Assembly (NCBI GenBank): GCA_026982415.1 | Contig: JALSHE010000034.1 | Location: forward strand, 9,279 to 73,278 | Source: Robiginitomaculum sp. | GTDB lineage: Bacteria > Pseudomonadota > Alphaproteobacteria > Caulobacterales > Maricaulaceae | DNA: 64,000 bases | Direction of reading: 5' to 3' | Shown: positions 58,907 to 64,000 of the stretch, piece after piece | How the letters are laid out: every line of letters starts with the position of its first letter | Position numbering within the stretch: the first letter of the stretch is position 1 | Program-made: the position numbers and the translations under genes | Notes under the pieces: generated by a model | The model's input: only the letters and a program-made list of their open reading frames with translations | Told to the model about the DNA's origin: nothing | Database searches by the model: none

Positions 58907-60811
58907 ATGGCTAAAGTCATTGGTATTGACCTGGGAACGACCAATTCCTGCGTCGCGGTTATGGACGGCGGCAAACCCCGCGTTATAGAAAACTCAGAGG
59001 GCCAGCGCACCACCCCGTCGGTTGTGGCTTTCACAGAAGACGGTGAACGTCTGGTGGGTCAACCTGCCCGCCGCCAAGGTGTCACTAATCCTGACCACAC
59101 ATATTATGCGATTAAGCGCCTCATTGGACGTCCGTTCACGGATCCGCTGGTCAAGAAAGACGCCAAGCTCGTTCCTTACGGGATTGTTAAAGGCGACGGC
59201 GGTGATGCGTATATTAAAGGCCGCGATAAAAACTTGTCCCCTGCAGAAATCTCCGCCATCATTTTGCAAAAAATGAAAGCCACGGCGGAAAGCTTCCTCG
59301 ACGATAAAGTCACCCAGGCGGTTATCACGGTTCCGGCTTACTTTAACGATGCCCAGCGCCAAGCTACCAAAGATGCTGGTAAGATTGCTGGCCTCGAAGT
59401 CCTACGTATTATTAACGAGCCGACCGCTGCGGCGCTGGCTTACGGCATGGACAAAGAAGACGGCAAAACCATTGCGGTTTACGATTTGGGCGGCGGTACA
59501 TTCGACGTATCCATCCTCGAAATTGGCGACGGCGTGTTTGAAGTGAAAGCCACCAACGGCGACACATTCTTGGGCGGTGAAGATTTCGATATGCGGATTG
59601 TTGAATATTTCGCAGACGAGTTCAAAAAAGAGAACGGCATTGATCTGAAATCTGACAAGCTAGCTCTACAGCGCCTGCGCGAAGAAGCCGAGAAAGCCAA
59701 GAAAGAATTGTCCTCTGCGAACAGCTATGAAGTCAATCTACCGTTCATTACGGCTGATGCTTCTGGCCCTAAGCATTTGAACATGAAACTTACCCGGGCT
59801 AAATTAGAAGCCTTGGTCGAAGATCTGGTCAAGCGCTCTATCGCGCCGTGTAAGAAAGCCCTCGCTGATGCGGGTATAAAAGCTGCCGATATTGATGATG
59901 TGGTTTTGGTTGGCGGCATGACCCGTATGCCGATGGTACAACAGGCCGTGTCTAAATTCTTCGGTAAAGACGTCAATAAATCTGTGAACCCGGACGAAGT
60001 CGTTGCCATGGGCGCGGCTATTCAGGCTGGTGTTTTACAGGGTGATGTTAAAGACGTGCTTCTGCTGGACGTGACCCCTCTCTCCCTCGGTATTGAAACC
60101 GAAGGCGGCGTGTTCACCCGTATGATTGACCGCAACACAACCATCCCGACCAAGAAATCGCAAGTTTATTCAACAGCCGCCGACAACCAAAGCGCCGTGA
60201 CCATTCGTGTCTCGCAAGGCGAACGGGAAATGGCTGCGGATAATAAACTGCTTGGTCAATTTGATCTGGTTGGTATCCCGCCAGCACCGCGCGGCCTACC
60301 GCAAATCGAAGTGACCTTTGATATTGACGCCAACGGTATTGTCAACGTGTCTGCTAAGGATAACGCTACTGGTAAGGAACAGCAAATCCGTATCCAAGCC
60401 TCTGGTGGTCTATCCGACGCAGATATTGAGGAAATGGTCAAAGATGCTGAACGCAATGCCGATAGCGACAAAGAACGCCGCGCCTTAGCGGAGGCGAAAA
60501 ATCAAGCCGAAGGTCTGGCCCACAAAGCCGAAAAAGACCTAGAGGAACACGGCGAGAAAATCGAAGAAGATGACCGCACTGCGATTACAGACTTGATCAA
60601 AGAGGTGCGCGAAATCGCCGAAGGTGAAGACGCCGAAGCTATCAACGAGAAATCCGCAGAGCTAACCGCTGCCGTCATGAAAATGGGCGAGGCGATTTAC
60701 AAAGATGCAGGCGCAGGCGAAGACGGTGCAGAAGCACCGGAGGCGAGTGACGACGACGAAGACATTGTCGATGCAGACTTCGAAGATGTAGACGAAGAAG
60801 AAAAGTCTTAA
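58907..60811 (+). CDS. dnaK: Molecular chaperone DnaK
   Basis: It has Hsp70 signatures ([28 protein letters not shown]). Confidence 0.97.
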   Translation: MAKVIGIDLGTTNSCVAVMDGGKPRVIENSEGQRTTPSVVAFTEDGERLVGQPARRQGVTNPDHTYYAIKRLIGRPFTDPLVKKDAKLVPYGIVKGDGGDAYIKGRDKNLSPAEISAIILQKMKATAESFLDDKVTQAVITVPAYFNDAQRQATKDAGKIAGLEVLRIINEPTAAALAYGMDKEDGKTIAVYDLGGGTFDVSILEIGDGVFEVKATNGDTFLGGEDFDMRIVEYFADEFKKENGIDLKSDKLALQRLREEAEKAKKELSSANSYEVNLPFITADASGPKHLNMKLTRAKLEALVEDLVKRSIAPCKKALADAGIKAADIDDVVLVGGMTRMPMVQQAVSKFFGKDVNKSVNPDEVVAMGAAIQAGVLQGDVKDVLLLDVTPLSLGIETEGGVFTRMIDRNTTIPTKKSQVYSTAADNQSAVTIRVSQGEREMAADNKLLGQFDLVGIPPAPRGLPQIEVTFDIDANGIVNVSAKDNATGKEQQIRIQASGGLSDADIEEMVKDAERNADSDKERRALAEAKNQAEGLAHKAEKDLEEHGEKIEEDDRTAITDLIKEVREIAEGEDAEAINEKSAELTAAVMKMGEAIYKDAGAGEDGAEAPEASDDDEDIVDADFEDVDEEEKS

Positions 60812-60834
60812 TCCCATCAACCGAGTAAGGAAAT

Positions 60835-60877
60835 CCCCGTCGCACGCGCAGACTAATGCGGTGCGGCGGGGTTTTTT
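60835..60877 (+). terminator. Rho-independent terminator/attenuator after dnaK
   Basis: CCCCGTCGCAC pairs with GTGCGGCGGGG (one G-U pair) around a 15 nt loop, and TTTTTT follows. Confidence 0.7.
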
Positions 60878-61726
60878 ATGGACGCGCAGATGATCTCTAA
60901 CACCCCACCAGAATTTGGCCATTATGCTTTGCCAACCAAACGCGAAGCCTTACGGCTGCGCGCAGGTAAATTCGCAGGCTCGCGCATTGGGCGTTTGGGG
61001 ATTTCTTTGTACCGCAAACAAGCGTTTAAGGGGCTTTCTGACCCGTTTGATGTGCAGGTTATGCCGGGTGTTAATGCACGGCTTTATCCGCGTTCGAACC
61101 GCTGCGAGAAACGGGCTTTTGCGGGCGTACAGATTTGGGACGCGGAAGAACGTGAGGCTCTTTCGAATGCCTTGGATGCCAGTACGGCAAGTCCATTTGT
61201 ATTTCTCGACGTGGGGGCAAATGTCGGCCTGTACAGTTTAATTTTAGCCGCACATGCCAAAACTACGGGGAAAGACATTCGCATTGTCGCTTTCGAACCC
61301 GACCCTACCAATAGAGCGCGTCTCGCCTTTAATATCAAAGCTTCAAATGCCAATATCCATGTTCTGCCCTACGCGGTATCCGACCAAGACGGTGAAGGGT
61401 TTATGGGCGGCGGCGAAACCAACCGGGGCGAAGTGCGGCTTAGAGATAATGAAGATGGGCCGCCAGTACAGATTAAAACCCTCTACGGGATATGCGAAGA
61501 GCAAGGCTTGTCGCGCATAGACGCCATGAAAGTGGATATAGAAGGCCATGATGAGCGCGCACTGGGTGCGTTTTTCGAACATGCGCCCCAAACCCTGTGG
61601 CCGCGTTTGCTAATATTGGAAACCGGGCGGGAAGAAACCACGTCTTTGCTTGAACTTTGCACGGGGCATGGATACACAATCATAAAACGCACCGGGATAA
61701 ATTCTATCCTCGTGCTGGATAAATAA
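60878..61726 (+). CDS. FkbM-family SAM-dependent methyltransferase
   Basis: It has VFLDVGANVGLYSL, FEPDP and KVDIEGHDERAL, which are FkbM-type motifs. The ATG directly abuts the dnaK terminator T-tract with no SD, so the start is uncertain. Confidence 0.78.
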   Translation: MDAQMISNTPPEFGHYALPTKREALRLRAGKFAGSRIGRLGISLYRKQAFKGLSDPFDVQVMPGVNARLYPRSNRCEKRAFAGVQIWDAEEREALSNALDASTASPFVFLDVGANVGLYSLILAAHAKTTGKDIRIVAFEPDPTNRARLAFNIKASNANIHVLPYAVSDQDGEGFMGGGETNRGEVRLRDNEDGPPVQIKTLYGICEEQGLSRIDAMKVDIEGHDERALGAFFEHAPQTLWPRLLILETGREETTSLLELCTGHGYTIIKRTGINSILVLDK

Positions 61727-61738
61727 TACGAGGACCAT

Positions 61739-62911
61739 ATGGCCACGACGAAACGCGATTATTACGAAGTTCTAGGCTGCGTCAAAACTGCGGACGGTAA
61801 AACCTTGAAATCCGCTTACCGCAAGCTGGCTATGGAATTTCACCCTGACCGCAATCCGGACAAGCCTGAAGCCGAAGCCAAGTTTAAAGAAATAAACGAA
61901 GCCTATTCTATCTTGTCAGACGAGCAAAAACGCGCCGCCTATGACCGCATGGGTCATAGTGCCTTTGGCCAAGGTGGTGGTGGTCAAGCAGGCGGTGGAT
62001 TCCACGATTTCTCGGATATTTTTTCGCAAATCTTTGGCCAGCAAGGCGGCGGTGGGTTTGGCGATATGTTCGGCGGCGGTGGCAACCGGGGCGGCGGACG
62101 CCGGACGGTGCGCGGTGCCGATTTACGCTACGAAATGGAAATTACGCTGGAAGAAGCCTTTGCAGGCAAAGACCTGGAAATCAATGTGCCTATTTCCGAA
62201 GACTGCCACGGTTGTGACGGTTCCGGTGCTGCCGAAGGCGCCAAGGTTGAAACTTGCTCCACATGCGGCGGGCTTGGTAAAGTGCGTACCCAACAAGGCT
62301 TTTTCACCATGGAACGCCCCTGCCCAAGATGCGGCGGTCAAGGCGAATATGTCTCCGACCCATGCCGAACTTGTGACGGCGGTGGCCAAGTCAGGGTCGA
62401 AACCGCGCTAGAGGTTAATATTCCGGCGGGCGTTGAAGACGGCACAAGAATTCGCCTCAGCGGTCAGGGCGATAGCGCCCCTAAATCGGCGGGGCCTCGC
62501 GGTAGCAAAGGCGATCTTTATATTTTTGTCTCGGTCAAACCCCACGACCTTTTTGAGCGCGAAGGGCCGCACTTATTCTGCGAAACCCATGTGCCCATGA
62601 CCTGCGCGGCGCTCGGCGGCGAAGTGGAAATCCCGTCCATAGACGGTGGTCGCACCAAGGTCAAAATTCCCGCAGGTTCCCAATCAGGCCGCCGTATGCG
62701 GCTGCGGGGGAAAGGCATGAGCCAGCTACGCTCAAATGCGCGCGGCGACATGTATGTAGACCTAATCGTAGAAACCCCCAGCGGTCTGAATGCGCGTCAA
62801 AAGCAATTGTTGGAAGAATTCCGCAAAGAAGGCGGCGACGAAAGCTGCTCGCCAGCATCGTCTGGGTTCTTGGATAAAGCCAAGAAGTTTTGGGATAATT
62901 TGGTGGATTAA
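61739..62911 (+). CDS. dnaJ: Molecular chaperone DnaJ
   Basis: It has a J-domain (HPDRNP), a G/F-rich linker and four CxxCxGxG zinc motifs. A GAGGA SD lies upstream. Confidence 0.96.
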   Translation: MATTKRDYYEVLGCVKTADGKTLKSAYRKLAMEFHPDRNPDKPEAEAKFKEINEAYSILSDEQKRAAYDRMGHSAFGQGGGGQAGGGFHDFSDIFSQIFGQQGGGGFGDMFGGGGNRGGGRRTVRGADLRYEMEITLEEAFAGKDLEINVPISEDCHGCDGSGAAEGAKVETCSTCGGLGKVRTQQGFFTMERPCPRCGGQGEYVSDPCRTCDGGGQVRVETALEVNIPAGVEDGTRIRLSGQGDSAPKSAGPRGSKGDLYIFVSVKPHDLFEREGPHLFCETHVPMTCAALGGEVEIPSIDGGRTKVKIPAGSQSGRRMRLRGKGMSQLRSNARGDMYVDLIVETPSGLNARQKQLLEEFRKEGGDESCSPASSGFLDKAKKFWDNLVD

Positions 62912-62915
62912 CAAT

Positions 62916-63127
62916 CTCATCCTCACCCCATTTTTTTATGGGGGAGGTGCCCCCTCTTGGGGGCGGAGGGGGAACATCTTGCGGTTAACCCGTAGCTTTT
63001 GATAGTCGCTGATTTTAGGCTTGCGTGTCTTCTTTATACGCGGCGTTTGTGGAAACCTGCTTCCCCCTCCGCCTACGCTACGCTTCGGCACCTCCCCCGC
63101 GAAAAGCGGGGTGAGGCTGAGGATGAG
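62916..63127. repeat. Nested-hairpin palindromic intergenic element (copy B)
   Basis: The left arm is CTCATCCTCACCCC-attttttta-TGGGGGAGGTG / GCCCCC-TCTT-GGGGGC / GGAGGGGGAA. The right arm is TTCCCCCTCC...CACCTCCCCC-gcgaaaagc-GGGGTGAGG(CTGAGG)ATGAG. It starts 5 nt after the dnaJ stop. Confidence 0.72.
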
Positions 63128-63394
63128 GATGGATATGTATCCACGGTTCTCGCGCTTGCGCTATATTGAAATTGTTCTCTTGTTCATGGACAGACAAAAC
63201 GCGTTAGTTTGTTGGAGCAGAGACGGTGTCGGACTGAGGCTTGCGATATAACAGCGCAAGTGACCCGGGTCCCGGTGCGAGAGCTGGACGTTGCCTGTCG
63301 TAATGATAGGCTGCTTCGATAAACATGGCCATAGGCGGCATAACCCCCGCTCAAAAACTTAGGCAGCATATGAAACACTCCGCTTAAAATAAGC

Positions 63395-63604
63395 CTACTT
63401 CACACCCCCACTAAAAATGGGGGTATTACCACACCCAAAGAGTAAATGTCTGATGATTTCAGCCATTTCTGACTGCCCGAACAAAGCTGCAAAAGGATAA
63501 AGTATCAACGCTATCAAAAGAATGTTATTTGGTGTATCTTTCGTAATCAAAAACACAAGCGTACAGAGTGCCATGACAATCAAAGCTATGAATGTATAGG
63601 TCAC
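63395..63604 (-). CDS. Hypothetical small membrane protein
   Basis: It is 69 aa with two hydrophobic helices and lies downstream of mrp on the same strand. I recognise no family. Confidence 0.35.
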   Translation of the reverse strand: MTYTFIALIVMALCTLVFLITKDTPNNILLIALILYPFAALFGQSEMAEIIRHLLFGCGNTPIFSGGVK

Positions 63605-63641
63605 CTCTCACCTTTAAAAACTTTGCGTTTTAGCGAACATC

Positions 63642-64000
63642 TTAAGCCATTTCCCCCATCAATTCTTTGGCTATCTTCATATACCGTTTCGCGTGTTCAC
63701 CGTCTGGTGCAGCCAAAACTATCGGTGTGCCTTCGTCTGCATTGGTGCGGATGTCCAAGTGCAACGGGATTTCGCCTAGGAAGGGGATGCCTTTTTCCTC
63801 GGCAGTATCCTTTGCTCCGCCGTGACCGAAAATATCGGTTTTATCACCGCAGCTTGGACAGATGAATGTGCTCATATTTTCAATCATGCCGAGGATTGGG
63901 GTCTCGGTTTTTATGAACATGTCATAGGCTTTGCGAGCGTCGATGAGAGCGATATCTTGCGGGGTTGAGACTATGACCACGCCTGTTAGTGGTACGGTTT
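63642..64000 (-). CDS. apbC: Mrp/NBP35 (ApbC) iron-sulfur cluster carrier ATPase, C-terminal part (5' end beyond the right edge)
   Basis: It has VIVSTPQDIALIDARK, GMIENMS.F.CP.CG and IPFLGEIPL. The reading frame is open to the window end. Confidence 0.85.
   Translation of the reverse strand, partial: TVPLTGVVIVSTPQDIALIDARKAYDMFIKTETPILGMIENMSTFICPSCGDKTDIFGHGGAKDTAEEKGIPFLGEIPLHLDIRTNADEGTPIVLAAPDGEHAKRYMKIAKELMGEMA

Noticed and set aside
57463-63127. The possibility that the repeated sequences form a CRISPR array.
   Set aside because: The repeats are inverted (palindromic) and are dispersed as single copies in separate intergenic regions. They are not direct repeats regularly spaced by unique spacers, and no cas genes are in the window.
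63128-63394. SRP RNA, two-piece tmRNA or 6S RNA in the unassigned region after dnaJ.
   Set aside because: I could not find the conserved helix-8 GGAA/AGCA motifs, a tag-peptide reading frame or a tRNA-like acceptor/CCA end. The idea is kept only as a low-interest finding for a covariance-model search.

Overview
The window looks like a chromosomal segment of an alphaproteobacterium, possibly a marine, stalked or Caulobacter-like lineage. The lineage call rests on a CpdR-like receiver next to an N-formylglutamate amidohydrolase, a TacA-like sigma-54 response regulator, a split PntAA/PntAB/PntB transhydrogenase and DUF1223; it is inference only. I support about 58 CDS and one tRNA, and most genes are on the minus strand.

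Contents from left to right:
- 1-8167: a type II secretion operon, gspC-D-E-F-G-H-I-J-K, with gspK running off the left edge.
- 8295-16064: a valine / 3-hydroxyisobutyrate catabolic cluster (mmsA, acyl-CoA dehydrogenase, 3-hydroxyisobutyryl-CoA hydrolase, mmsB and an extra aldehyde dehydrogenase), interrupted by an antisense Sel1-repeat gene and two palindromic repeat elements.
- lptD, followed by a Rieske oxygenase-DUF1330-ALDH-YciI operon.
- pyrD, tRNA-Val(GAC) and cpdR.
- The pnt transhydrogenase operon, with an MntA/HepT toxin-antitoxin pair wedged between pntAB and pntB.
- A TacA-like regulator followed by an unassigned outer-membrane barrel protein.
- 34.1-44.0 kb: a roughly 10 kb uptake/catabolism-like locus (ChaN, TonB-dependent receptor, PD40 lipoprotein, unknown membrane protein, MFS transporter, ALDH and a cysteine-free nitrilase-superfamily protein).
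- Housekeeping genes: pyrC, xthA, lolA, hisS, pgi, dsbD-like, gyrB, alkB, dnaK, dnaJ and mrp.

I saw no CRISPR array, transposase, integrase or rRNA.

The observations most worth a second look:
- The TA pair translationally coupled inside the pnt operon.
- A 0.94 kb non-coding island carrying two paralogous sRNA-like units with C-rich loops.
- A family of nested-hairpin palindromic elements, with 3-4 copies in the window.
- The amidase-like protein whose catalytic Cys position is Thr.
- An FkbM methyltransferase gene between dnaK and dnaJ.

No complete, clearly novel multi-gene system can be proven from sequence alone. All functional calls come from motif recognition by eye and need HMM or BLAST confirmation.
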